Shown here: one piece after another, positions 42,001 to 54,506 of the stretch
How positions within the stretch are numbered: the stretch's first letter is position 1
Layout: every line of letters begins with the position of its first letter
Assembly (NCBI GenBank): GCA_051362555.1
Contig: CM120640.1
Coordinates: 37,715,967 to 37,779,966 of the forward strand
DNA from: Lingula anatina
Lineage: Eukaryota > Animalia > Brachiopoda
Reading direction: 5' to 3'
DNA length: 64,000 nt
Position numbers and translations under genes: made by a program
The notes under the pieces: generated by a model
Told to the model about the DNA's origin: nothing
Databases searched by the model: none
Seen by the model: only the letters and a program-made list of their open reading frames with translations

Positions 42001-45000
42001 CTAACTGTAGTTCATACAGCATAAGGCGTGTTTTGGTAATTTATGAAAAAAAAAGTTTTCAAAACATTATATAATGTTTTTCCGGAATGTTATTAAAACG
42101 CTGATAAAACTCCACAAAATAACGTTATAATAAAATTTTGTAAAAACGGTCCTCGAATCTTTCTACAAATTACTGTAATGTTTTTCTTATCTGGGACATC
42201 ATTTTGCATGGAGTTAAAAACACCCATAACGTTACCATAATGTTGATTGCCAGTAACACATATAAACCACTTCTACTAGATTCTTATACGACTAAACTAA
42301 AGTCGACATGCCAAGGGATAAAGTGAATAAATCACTCGATCAGCCATAAAAGAGCTTTAGACTGGTCTTTAAATTTTTGGTCAGAAATTTAACCTACAAA
42401 TGTGACCTTTTCTGCCCCATGTATGTACAGGAAAGTAAGCTAGCAGAAAAACCATTCAAATATCATTTTTTTTCGGGTAATATTAAACAATGCCTCCTGG
42501 ACACCAAGCGTTCGAGCAGGCTGCTCCACGCCTTCAACAGCTCCACACGTTTACGCAGGGAAGTGTTAAGTCAAATTGTTGAGCCTTGTGATAAACTTAT
42601 GGGACCGGTGAAACTTATCACAAAGCTAAAGGTGCGACACTACTAAGCATGTTAAACATTTTTATTTCTTCTGAAAGAAACTTGAAAAGCTAAACGTGTT
42701 GTTCAGTTACCCTCTACCAGGGCCACGGATTGATTTTTCACAGATATTCACAGACATATCTCTAGATAAATAGACAGTCATTTCGGTCTGATGTCGCCTC
42801 GGCAAAAAATGTCCACAATAACTGCGGCCTTGGTAGAGGGTATTGTTCAGCAGCTCCACGCGTTTACGAATTCCACATCTATAGCAGCTCCATATGTTTA
42901 GCAGCCTCACGCGCTTAGCAGGGGAGGTGCTAAGCCAATGTGCTTAGCTCGTGATAGACTTACTATAGGTTCATAAACTGGTGAAGCTAAACACATAGCT
43001 AAACGTGTAACACTGCCAACGTGTCTAGCATTTTCTTCTGTGAAACGCTTGAAAAGCTATACCTGTTTAGCTTTTACACGTATTTTTAAATGCGTCTAGG
43101 TGCTTAACGTATGTTGAATGTGTTTAAATGCTAAACACTATTTTTACAGTGTAGAAAGCTCGTGCCAAGTAAAAAACGATAGTTTTTTATTAAAGATATT
43201 TCACTTCTTTATCCATTTGTATTTGTTCAACATTAAGTAAAAGTATATAACCCGTTTGACAATTACCTTCGTATCTGTACCCTTTAATAGTTACTTCACA
43301 GAGTATTAAAGGGGCTTCGTGCTCCAGCTGGACAAAGACGACTTGACCAATGTGTGGAACTTGACATGCCAATTCTACACTTCCACCACGAGGTACTTGG
43401 GGAACATATGTCGCGCACACGTCTTTGCTGTTGGGATCTGTGATGTTACGTGTCTTTACTGATAAGTTACGCAAGTGCTTGCCGGCTGGAATTTTACAAA
43501 GACATAGGTCAAACTTCTGTCCACTAAGACCCAGAAGCGATACATGAACGGTAATTATTGTACACTAAACTGTGACTTTCATAAACACAATATTATACAC
43601 AGATTAAAATCTGGTCGAAGAAAAACTAAAAGATATTCACAGCAGTTGAAGCTATTTTAATCGTCTTTCGAAAAGAGAAATAGGAGCGCTAGATATGATG
43701 AAGATGAGGGAGGGGGAAGCGGTTAGTGTCCCTCTCTTTCGGGCCCACCTTTCCCTGCCCCTTCCAAAATAATAATGCTTATGTTTATTAAATAAACAAG
43801 TAAATAAAATGAAAAAAATGGTTCAAAACAAAAATTACCTTACCCTATGTCCTACATATTATAATAAAATCACTGCCCTTTATATATGCAGAGCAAATGG
43901 AGAAAAGATTGCATTTTTAGTTTCAATTATCCTGCGGGGTTGTCAGCGCAATTCACCACATTTTACTCTCATGATTTAAGCGGCAGTAGGGGCCTAAGAT
44001 CTGTATAAATATATTTAAGGTGTTCCTCTAAGCAGTGCCAAGGAACTGTAACAGCAGTCATTGCATACCAGTGACGAAGCACCATGCAGAGGAGCAGTGC
44101 AAGACTTTAACACACGTAGTTGAACTCACATTTGGATGAAAATAGACTGTTTTAACAATAATCATAGTTAAAGGACAAGCAGCCGGACATCATTCTAAAT
44201 CCACCCTGTGCGCAGGGTGCAACTGCAGTAGGGAATTTTGTGAGAAAAATTATGAAAAAAAAGTAATTAATTAGAAATACGCAAAGGAATTCATCCATTT
44301 CACTTGTATATCACCCGGTATTAGAATGCACTGTATAATGTATAAAATGATATACCGTGTAGGTATAGTTTTTTATTTATTTAATACTATCTTTCCATAT
44401 ATAATAGATACTATATAGTAGTTAGAGAGCCTTTACATGTAAAAAAACATTTCTGTGCTCAATAAATTATCATTATTGTTATTAATAGTACATGTCTTGT
44501 GCAGGTTGTCTGAAATGTCTAAACTAGTAAAGATAACAACTGACTGCACAGCTTTTTGCCGCCAATAAAACGCAAAACCTACAGATTTTGCACTGACTTT
44601 ATACAGTGAGGGTCCATGCTGATTTATATAGTTCATTGCATTTAAATTTAACAGTGTCAGCTTTTATTTGATGTTTTTACACTCGTCTTTACCAATAATT
44701 TGGTTCCTTTGGTCTCAAGGGGACATATTAGGGGGCGTTCTATTTTTCATAATATCTCTCTCAATATTCAATTGGTTAATTGAATCGTCTTGCTCCCAAA
44801 AATCACTCTCTCTCTCTCTCTCTCTTTATTCACTTCGTCATAAATTATTTCTCTTTCTCTAATAACGTTCTCTGCCACTTTCCTTCACTTTATCAAAACT
44901 AAATTTCCACAAATTCTTTATCACTTCTTTTATACTGGTTAAAAACTGACATTTCTCTTTTTTTCTTCGAATTCTTCGCGCTCTCTCGATTTACATACGA

Positions 45001-48000
45001 CTTGACTAATAATTTTCAAGGGACCTGCTTTACTCCATAAATCAACCAACAGATCATATACGTTTCTTGCAGAAGACCAATATAGATTCATAATATTGAC
45101 TAAATATATCTTAATGAAAATTTTATGTATAGATCGCCAATGTTTTAAATAAAAGTTTTGAAATACAGTGTATTTAAAAGTAACATGTACCAAGACTCAA
45201 AACTGCATTTTTTCATCATGACCAATTTATTTAAGTAATTATCAATAATATTTGATCCTACATAAATAAAAGCGACCCATATGCCAAATATCAACCAACC
45301 TATATAGTCAGGTCTTTAATGTATTTACACAATATGGATAAAATAATTGTCTTTTACTTATCCTTTCGCTTTAGTTAATGAGGAGACATAAAAAACAATT
45401 CCAACCTGTCCTCAACTAAGTCGATGTGCCAAGACTTCCCCAACAACAATACACCAAGAAAAAATAATTATACTAAGATAAATAACGCTTACCAAACCTT
45501 TAATGAAAGTGATTCATCAATTCTTAAAACAGGCCAATTAAATGACGATTCAGTTACATATCTGAGCCCCATTAAACTGCAAAACACCCAGTCAGAACAG
45601 AACGAAAACTGATTACGATAATGCAATCTGACACACACCTTGAAAACGGGTAGTGTGGTCCGATATACCGGTTAATTCAGGATCCTTAGGTGCCGAGTCT
45701 GGTAGTTGGGTAGGCCTGCATGAATCAAAATAAAAAGTCTACATTTCTTGCTAGCATGGATGCAAGTACAGGAAAGAGCTTTCGAATGACCCACGCTAAA
45801 ACTTGCTGCACCTTATCACTTCCCAGGTAGAACAACAACTCTACTGACCGATCCGTGACGATAACACACTGATATCCTACCCGTACTGAACAGTTCACAC
45901 AAAATCATGTTACACGTGTCATCGTACCTACAATAAATGTCATTTATCATTTACTAATTAGTTAATTGATTATCTACCTTCTCAGTATCAAGTGAATGCT
46001 CTCCCCGACAGTTTCTCAAAGTTTTCTAAAAACCTGTCCGCTACTTTTTCCACAATATTGCTATGAGACAAACAGACTAACAGACGAACAGACAAACGAT
46101 CGACAAAAAGACAAGCTAAACAAAACATAATCGCCTCGGTGGGGGTGATAATAATATAACATTCAACTCATCGGAGAAATCCGTCTAGAAATCGAATAGC
46201 AAAAAAACTGCAGTTAGGAAGTCTGGCGTAGATAAACAATACTTTATGGCGAGTCTCTAATTACCCATTGATATTAAATCATGTGCCCATATTGCAGTGT
46301 ATTCACGAAAGCATACATGAAGCATATGACAACATATAGGGGAGACTGGGGCTAGTTGGACCCCGGGGTAAGTTGGCCCCCCATCAATTTATGAAAAAGG
46401 GGTAAAAAATTGATCACATCATTTAGTAAAGTGGCCGTATCCAATAGTGCTAAGAAAGCGCCGGTCGCAAAGAAGTTTTATTTAGGTAGTGAGTCCAAAT
46501 GAGAGAATTTAGCATCTTAAAGTAACTTTATTAAAGAGACATTAAAATTTTTTTTCACAAGCTTTTGATCAAATATAGTATATGTATATGGCATCAAACT
46601 GAAGCTCGTTATTTCATCATCGTTGTTCATTCTAGCACCATAAATGGCTGCAATCCTTTAAAATTAAAAATGTGCACCCGGGGCTAGTTGGTCCCCTTGA
46701 CTCGGGACAAGTTGGACCCTCATATTGACCACAATCCCTTGCGCGCAACAGAGCTACAGACCATTGTTGAAACAAACTCAGTGGTTTGTTAAATAATTAC
46801 TAGTTTAAAACGGAATGTGTTTATTTCCTTAAAACAAAAAAAAATTATTATTCTGGGGCCCCGTGGCGGGGCAAGTTGGCTCCCCTGACGTCAATTGCGT
46901 TTTTTGCCAAATTGTGAGCCGTTTGGCATTACAATTTAAAAAGAATGACGTAACATACCCGGTACATAGCTTAGTTCATAGGGCTTACTTTGAAACCGAA
47001 TTTGTTAGTTTAGCTCATTCTTAGTTGGCTCTAAAAGCCAAAATTGTCTAACTGGGCCAACTAGCCCTGATCTCCCCTTCTTGTTTGTATCTACATGTAG
47101 TAAACCATCATCAGCACAGGAACATAAAGGACTATTTGTCTGTCCTTAGGCATTTGTATTTACAGCACACGCGCATACACACATACACTTATGGGAATGC
47201 TAAAACTAGCATAGTGGTCTGTAATGATAAAAAGAAACATATTCCAAGACGTAGACTCTGTACTTACAGTCACCGCCATCACCTCTGTTAAATAGCGTTA
47301 CACTGTAAACCACGTACTTCTGGCCTAGGTCTACCCGCCACCAGGGGTATGATGTTATCTCTGTGTGTGTACATGACTCAGCGCTGAAACGTGCGTCTAC
47401 ATTCCCGTCTATAGCACGACTTGGTACTCCACCTGCAACAACCGCTACGCCGCTTTGCCCTGCTGTTCTTCCAATGGCCACATTATCTAAAACATGTTAT
47501 TTGGTCTCAATTTTTTCGCTATCACTGAGTTAATACATGTTGATAAATCGATGATATTGATTTTCTTTGCGTCGTCCTCTTCATATTCATGAACTATATA
47601 ATAAACATATTCAAAAGACATAGTGGTATGATACTTTTTACTGTGTAACTGTGTACATGCATACGATTATTATTATTATTATTAGTGCAAACTTGATTAA
47701 AAGTTGATTAAAAACAAAATATGTATTGCCGTTTGTTAACCTCAGAAAATAGTCTAAAACTACGATTTACTGGATTACATGTGTGTATACAAATCGAATT
47801 ATCTCTTTCCTTTCCAACCTAAGATCAAGATAATTACTTTTCCACAAAAGTTGACTTACAGGGATACGTGTAGCCCCTAACAATGATTTCACACAACCGT
47901 AATACTTGTTGGTACATTTTTCGTAACGTGACGTAGCGTGCCAAGATTGGTGGATCTATCTCGTACTCTAACACTGCAGTTGAACAATGTGTATTAAGAA

Positions 48001-49437
48001 CAGATACATCTCTGCATCCAGTATCTGATGCTGTGTTGTTGTTAATGCAGAGCCTGACTTGGGTAAACTGACCTGTGAAAATGACAAGATTTTTATACAT
48101 TTTAAATACCATATAGACAGACACAGCTTTAATTGCGCAACGCAGTCCTTACTAGAAAACAAATGAAAAGCGCCACAAAAATCATTGCAAAAGCAAATAA
48201 CATGTCCATGATATCAAACTCACATATGTCAGCTAATGTAGTAGGTTTTATCAATACGACTCTACGGACAACATATAAGCCCTCTAGGTCCACACTCCAG
48301 GTGGAATCGCGCGAGTAGTTCGTTCTTATACATTTCAGGTTATCTGTGCTGTTGTCTCCATCCACTGCAAGATTTGCTGAGTAAATCACGCCACCTGCAC
48401 TGTAGGTACTGGATTGAGTGGCTGGTTTTCCATAAGCTAAGTTGATATTTTCTGAAAGGAAAAAATCTCAGAAACAGAACTGTAAGGTAATATTCACTGT
48501 GGCCTTATGTCCCACACGGGACGAAGAGCACTGATGATGAATATTCATGAATATTCATAAGTGTTTGCACAGAAACTGTGCTGACATTGAAATAATTACT
48601 CTACTCCAACCCAGTGCCGTAACCAAAGATAAGTTACTATTAATTAATAAACCAACACAATCCCATGCACTCACCATCATGACATCCTATTCCCCAGGGG
48701 TTGTCCACACAGTGTTCAGGACATGTTCTTAGAGTCCGTTGACATCTCTGTCCTTGTTTACAGAAACACCCAGTCACAGTGTCACACTGCCAGCCAAAGT
48801 AACCGTCACCTTCCATACAGCACAGACATAGGTACACTGGTGTTAGAAAGCAAACAAACAGTGTCACATTGCCAGCCAAAGTAACCGTCACCTTCCATAC
48901 AGCGCATGGATATGTGTGCTAATAATAGTTAGAAAACAAATAAACCGTGTCGCACTTTCAAGTAAAAATGTCATAACCAGCTAATACATGTATGATTGAG
49001 GCCGATGTACATACAGTGAATATAGACCTACAGTTTAATGTAACAAAAGAGGGCGCCTCTCACATTAGACAAACAATTTGGCAATACATGGTGTTACTTT
49101 TCTCTGGACGTTTTTCATGGTTTTAACACTGGTATAGCGTCAGCTAATCGCAAACATCACTATAAGTTAATTGGCAGTGACCTAACATCGGTCAAGAGCA
49201 AAGGTACTTTAACTATCCTCTAGATTCATATTTAAACAAGAACTGTTATTCTATATGCGATGACTTGTTTGGTTTACCTGTTAAATATATCATCCAGACA
49301 ACCAGGAAGCAAGTCGTCCTCGACACGGCAGCCATTTCTTCCTTTACTACGCACACAGTTGACACAAACCTTAACACGCTGCTGTTGTGTTACTAGTATT
49401 GTACCTCGAGTAGGTTGACAAAAGATATCTTTACGCT
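31144..49437 (-). CDS. RPTP copy 2: same architecture, reaches a stop codon, D1 P-loop degenerate ([10 protein letters not shown])
   Basis: Exons approx: 49278-49437, 48675-48837, 48224-48451, 47860-48072, 47268-47486, 43267-43485, 40531-40674, 39747-40055, 39537-39619, 38892-39120, 38478-38692, 38206-38324, 37894-37980 (TM), 37483-37544, 37202-37375, 36589-36676, 36305-36381, 36050-36086, 35714-35811, 35049-35168, 34740-34900, 34404-34539, 33973-34119, 33704-33803, 33267-33340, 32893-33027, 32534-32662, 32029-32187, 31453-31590, 31144-31221. The last exon reads [25 protein letters not shown]. Exon-by-exon paralogous to copy 1. Confidence 0.92.
31612..31802. repeat. Local intronic triplication (~55-bp unit) in copy 2
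   Basis: GGTTTCCTGTG(G/C)CTCAAATATTATT occurs three times; single copy in the matching intron of copy 3 (~51310). Confidence 0.85.
35295..35699. mobile_element. Nested MITE pair from one family (inner ~35319-35555)
   Basis: Inner TIR GAGTGCATTAAGAACAGATGATCCGCG / CGCGGATCAACGTGTTCTGAATGCCCTC flanked by TAA; outer TTCAGAACAGCAGACTAA / TTAGACCGCTGTTCTGAA. Confidence 0.65.
35956..36016. repeat. (GT)n(GA)n microsatellite
   Basis: Read directly. Confidence 0.95.
36840..37098. mobile_element. Diverged Harbinger-like MITE
   Basis: GGGCTCATCTCCAAAGAAACCATCGCTCTACGTA / TACGTAGAACGATAGGTTCATGGGGAACAGGCCC. Confidence 0.55.
41030..43151. mobile_element. Non-autonomous DNA transposon with CACTGTAAAAA termini (CACTA/EnSpm-like)
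   Basis: TIR CACTGTAAAAA..TTTTTACAGTG, flanked by TA on both sides; no transposase ORF. Confidence 0.75.
41257..41593. mobile_element. MITE with TTAA TSD (Kolobok-like), nested in the CACTG element
   Basis: TTAA-AGTGATAATAACTCTTCGT ... ACGAAGAGTTATTACTTCT-TTAA; a related fragment lies at ~8270-8350. Confidence 0.6.
43267..47486 (-). CDS. F-type lectin domain 2 of copy 2 (two exons)
   Basis: [56 protein letters not shown]. Confidence 0.88.
46338..47078. mobile_element. ~740-bp MITE
   Basis: TIR AGGGGAGACTGGGGCTAGTTGG / CCAACTAGCCCTGATCTCCCCT, plus internal GGGGC(T/A)AGTTGG repeats. Confidence 0.8.
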
Positions 49438-49933
49438 CTAGAGGACAAAATGTAGAAAAACATTCTCATTGACGCTTTTTTGGGTTAGGGGTTAAGTTGA
49501 AATCGAACGTAACGAAAATGAATTTAATACTTTTTTTCTGACTTCGAATGCCGGTGTGTCTGCTATGAGACATGCATACAGTGTTTCATTTATTTTCACG
49601 TATCATGCACGTAAATTATTGTAGACCATTTTACTCATGCTGTCATTAAAATTATTAAATGTTAATATGTCCTTCACGAGGCACCAAGGTACAAATTGGT
49701 GCCAGTGTACGTACATGTAGGGCAGTTGCTTTTTATTAATTTTTTTTATTTTATCTCATATTTATTTATTTATTTATTTATTTATTTATCATTATTATTT
49801 TTTATTTTGCAAATTTTGAATTAATGCACTTCATTATTAAAACTTCGTTTCATAAAAATATTATGGACTTTTATATCTGGTATAAAATCATATATCCATG
49901 CACTTTTTATTTATATTTCATGCACGTCCGACA

Positions 49934-50177
49934 TTAAGAGACCATACCCACAGATTTTGGATCGATCGATCTCCCTGGGGAGTCTCTCTAAATTGCGATC
50001 AACTTAGCCAGCTTAAATGTCTGTCACGCCTATAGTAAAGCAGTTACGGGGTAGTTATCTTTACCCTAGCTGATTCGGTAGGCGTGACAGACATTTAAAC
50101 TTCTTGAGCTGATTGTGAACACCCAGGGAGTTTGGTCGATCCAAATGGATCGATCTAAGTATGGGAACCCAGTCTAA
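49934..50177. mobile_element. MITE family X, copy 2
   Basis: Reverse complement of 3197-3449; ends GATCGATCTAAGTATGGGAACCCAGTCTAA. Confidence 0.75.
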
Positions 50178-53100
50178 GTGGCGTCAGTGAATTTCACGTC
50201 GGTGTGGGAGTCAGGGTCTCTGGCCTTTTTGCAAGGTTATGGTTTCTTTATCTTTCCCTGTGCATTCAATTTCCATTATTATTTACAAACTTTTTTCAAA
50301 CAGACATATTTAAGCAGATGGTGGCTTTTTTATATTTATAATATGGATTATCAAAGAGCTGTAAAAAAGTTCATATATTTAAACTACTGGGTTTGCCTCT
50401 CCTGCTACATTCCAAGGAGTGAAGTGCATGTACGATTAAAAAAATCAGAATGCACGGTCGGTATATACACAAAATTATCAAAAAATACAATCAGTTGACT
50501 TTATTTACAGTGTTTTTAAAATTCTGATAATACTCACGCTCAAGCCTGACACGTGTATGTGTTTGCCAAATGTTTTATTTTTAAATAATCACACCTGTAT
50601 GACAGGATTGGTAGTCAGATAGGAACCGTCCTCCGTTCCCCCATTACATAGTACAGGTGCCATCCGTCCCATATACTTACCCCGATAATTTATAAAATAT
50701 ATATATTTCTATACTTAGGTTTTATTTCTTTTACTGAAAGCCACTGATTAAATACTACTTTCCCCATAAAGTCTCATTATTTTCAGAATTATTTCATTTC
50801 ATTGTAACAGCTTGGCTACGAGTTCAAGTCCCTCCGTTGGCCTACATCTGGAGGTTGACGTACGTGTCAACTTTTTGGACGTATTCTTCAACCACATCGT
50901 AGCAAAATGCGTATTGTTCCTATAAAAAACAAATGGTATATTGTTAATAAAATGAGATATTACAAAAATATGCTGCCATACTGGTATAGGTATACTAGTT
51001 TAAAAGAGAACAGACGGTTGATATGTGCATTGTACACATGTATGTACTTTTAGAAGAGTTGGGTATTCAGCACAACGTCACCTGTGTATTTTCGGTCTCA
51101 ATGAGTTGTAAAATGTGCAGAGATACACATTCTTATTGTATATTACTTTGCTATCGATCAGCTGAGGTCTGTTTTGTCTGACAGCCTTCATCGTGTGGAA
51201 GACATCCACTTCCTGCTCTACCTTCAGCTTGTCCAGCATGCGAGCCACGGCACAGAACAACCCGCTCTGGTGGGTTCCGTTCCTTTATTATAGAAAAATT
51301 AACAAAATGGGTTTCCATTTGCTCAATATTTCTTTGGGCATGAAGAAAAAAACAACTATCCAATGATGATGTATAGGCAGTATAGTTTATGAATTATGGG
51401 TTCAACAAAAAGGGCAGACAATAAGGCGTTGACCTTAGGCGCGTATATCATATTGTTATAATTCTATTTGAACATTGATTGATTAAATTGGCTTACAGTT
51501 TGAAGAAAAGTAAAACAAAATGTTATTAGCAGCGGTCGGTGGTAACAACATATTCTTGTATCAATCTGGTAAAGGCCTTCAACTAAGTTGGCCTAAAAAC
51601 TAGGAACGATAGGTAATTTTAGCTTGCGTTCATAAACCTTATTATTTTATGAAAGCATGTGTCTTGTTAAACTTACATGCAGTGGACAGTTATGGAAGTG
51701 TTTCCATTTTTCTGTTGCCATTGTTGAACTGCGTCAAACAACTCAAGAAACGCACGCGGTAATGGCGGCACTGGTTCTGATATCATCCAGTCATGAAACT
51801 GGAATTGGCGAACTTCTCTTGGGGAGCCTGAGTGCTATAATAATTGAAGGAAAGAGGTATATCAAAAGAGTGATACCAACGTTTGTTCTGTTTATATCCA
51901 ATTGGGACGCCTTTTCCAATATCCCAAACACATCAAAGTATGATAGAAGGAAAATTAAAAAGGCTTTCTTCGATTCAGAGCGTGTTACATCTTGCGTTAC
52001 TCTACACTGTATAAAGTTACGAATAATTATATAATTCTGAAAACGTACTCACACCCTTAGAATTGATCAATTTTAACTCTCTAACGGTGATGACTTTCCC
52101 ACTCTGGCGCGAAGATATCACATCAACAATAAAAGGACCGTAAGAAATCACTTTCTTTGTTGGCCAGTACACACCACTTGTCTGAGGAAAAACACCAGTA
52201 TTAGCGCTGTTTTTGCGCAATGAAAGTACAAGCCTCTGGTGCTTGCATCAAAGACGGTTAAATTAAATATGTATTTGGAATAATCAAAAATCAACTTTAA
52301 CGTCAGTTATCATTTTGACTTGACTCAAATATAAGAAGATGAATCTCTCGGTAGTATTTGTATTCTTTTACCTCTCTATCTTCGCTGGATTCATTCAGCA
52401 TAACTATAGTCGCACATTGTTGATCAAACAACATACTCCAGAAGTCAACGATCGTATGAGGCAGAGGCATCTGCGTCACAATATAGGCGTTTCGGCGTTG
52501 GAAACCCTAAAACATTTCGTTTCCTATATGTTAGGCGGTCGTACACACTGCTATTACAAAAGAAAATATTCGTATATTTAGGAAAGCAATAGCTTTACAA
52601 TCATTTCAAATAAAAGTTTATAATGTTACTTTAACCAATGGGATACATTTAACTGATATTTGTTTTTAACATTTTGAAAAGGTGATACATGCACATTGTC
52701 TTATCACTAATTATTTGTGAGTGAAGTGCTTAAACCGTACGTCTATGAAAACTGCATTTATGTAATCAGTGCTGTCCTCCGTGTATGATGTAAGGCGTGG
52801 TCTGCAGTGGTTACCTTCATATTGAAACAGACAAAATAAATAATTTGCTTTAATACAAAAGTTAATACGTCATAAAAATAACAGCGTTTTTTTGCGTGGT
52901 TGAACATTAAAATCTGGACAATTTTATAGATATACTTTGAGATGAATAAAGGTACTAGAAAAGCACATCTCGAAATGTAAGCATTATCCAATGACTCTAA
53001 AAAAAGACCACGGGTATATACGTGTATGGACGAAAACAGTTCCAGATTAATAGGTTGTACTAATGATACGTATAATGAAACAAAACAAACCTGATGATAA

Positions 53101-53895
53101 AGTGAAGTTACGTACGGTGAGATAGGTTTGAAGTGGTTTAAAACTTACCTGCTACAATATAAGTCACTCTATTCTTGCCAATGTTGATGGCCTCCAGGGC
53201 AGTCTTTGTGGAACTTTCTTCTATTTCAGGCCGCATGAGGTCCAGTACCTGGTAAACGATGAAAAAAACGAAATAAACACACTTATAGTATGGAAAAAAA
53301 GACTTGGGTGCTTTTTGCATGTAGTTGAGTGTAAAAAATTACTTTTGATTTTCCTCTAATTCAAATTTAACTAAATGATGCAATAAAAAGAAACGTTTTG
53401 TTCACGGCCTACCACAAACTCTTCTTCCATTTTGGTCAGTCCAGATTTGTTTCTTCGTCTCAGTTTCCGCAGACGAGTGGCAAAGTCTTGCACTGACATA
53501 GAAGTTAAACCACAATGCAGTTCTTCCAACATCACATCATGGATGAAGTAATATTGCTCCTATAAGAAGCAAACAAAGCTCATTTTAAATAAACTGTATA
53601 CCAGTCAGCAATATTTCAGCAACGCATGCCGCTGTACAGGTTATTCCCTTACCCCTCCCTTCTCTTAAACATTGTGCCAGGAACAGAAATAATGACATCG
53701 TTACAGTGGTAGTATGACAGTGGAGACTGCAATTATAACACACATCAACTCACCGATTACCCATGTCAGGCCAATTTAGGTAATACACTGTATACTGTAT
53801 ATTGCATATTCACACACTACGTTGTCACGTCTCTGTCTACCATTCAGTTAAAATGAAAATGCCCTTACGTCTTTTTTTTTTTCAGAACAGTGAAC

Positions 53896-54358
53896 TAACT
53901 AGTCCGAGGGTCACACCGAGCGACCCACCAAAAAGCTTGCCATTTAACCCGCTAATAGACTCTGAATAGATTCCCCGCGGGGAAGTATTCAAGTGGATCG
54001 GCCATATTTGATCCTCGGGGTATCAGGACAGCCCCCCCCCCCCCCCCCCCGACGATCCCCCTCCCCCGAAGAATATATATATGTATAATCAAATATATAG
54101 TAACAGTATAAAGTTTAAAACATTCCATCCATTTTTTTATAATTTTAGTGTGATAATACAACTTCATCATTAAACAAATCATTTTGTATTATCACACTAA
54201 AATTATAAATAAATGGATGAAATGTTTAAACTTTGTACTCTTTACTATATATTTACATATAAATATATATATCTTGGGGGGAATCATCCGGGGGGATTGT
54301 CCTGGGGGGAATTGTCCGGGGGGGGGGATTGTCCAAGAATCGACCCTCGGACTAGTTA
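53896..54358. mobile_element. Foldback MITE with a long internal palindrome
   Basis: TIR TAACTAGTCCGAGGGTC / GACCCTCGGACTAGTTA; inner arms ~54030-54160 and ~54184-54330 are reverse complementary. Confidence 0.75.
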
Positions 54359-54506
54359 ATCCACTGTTTTGAATGCGGTCTAAAACGTCATACCTTTGTC
54401 TGCACCATTTGCGGTCTGGATGCTCGTAATAACTGAAGAACTCGGAAAATGTCGATCTTTCCTTCGGCCAACGCTTGTTCTAAAAGGTAGTCCACTGCAA
54501 TGAAAG

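Noticed and set aside
44640-46155. Possible LINE or other TE remnant and a HINE-like 3' end in a copy 2 intron
   Set aside because: No diagnostic motif or defined termini that I can support by eye.
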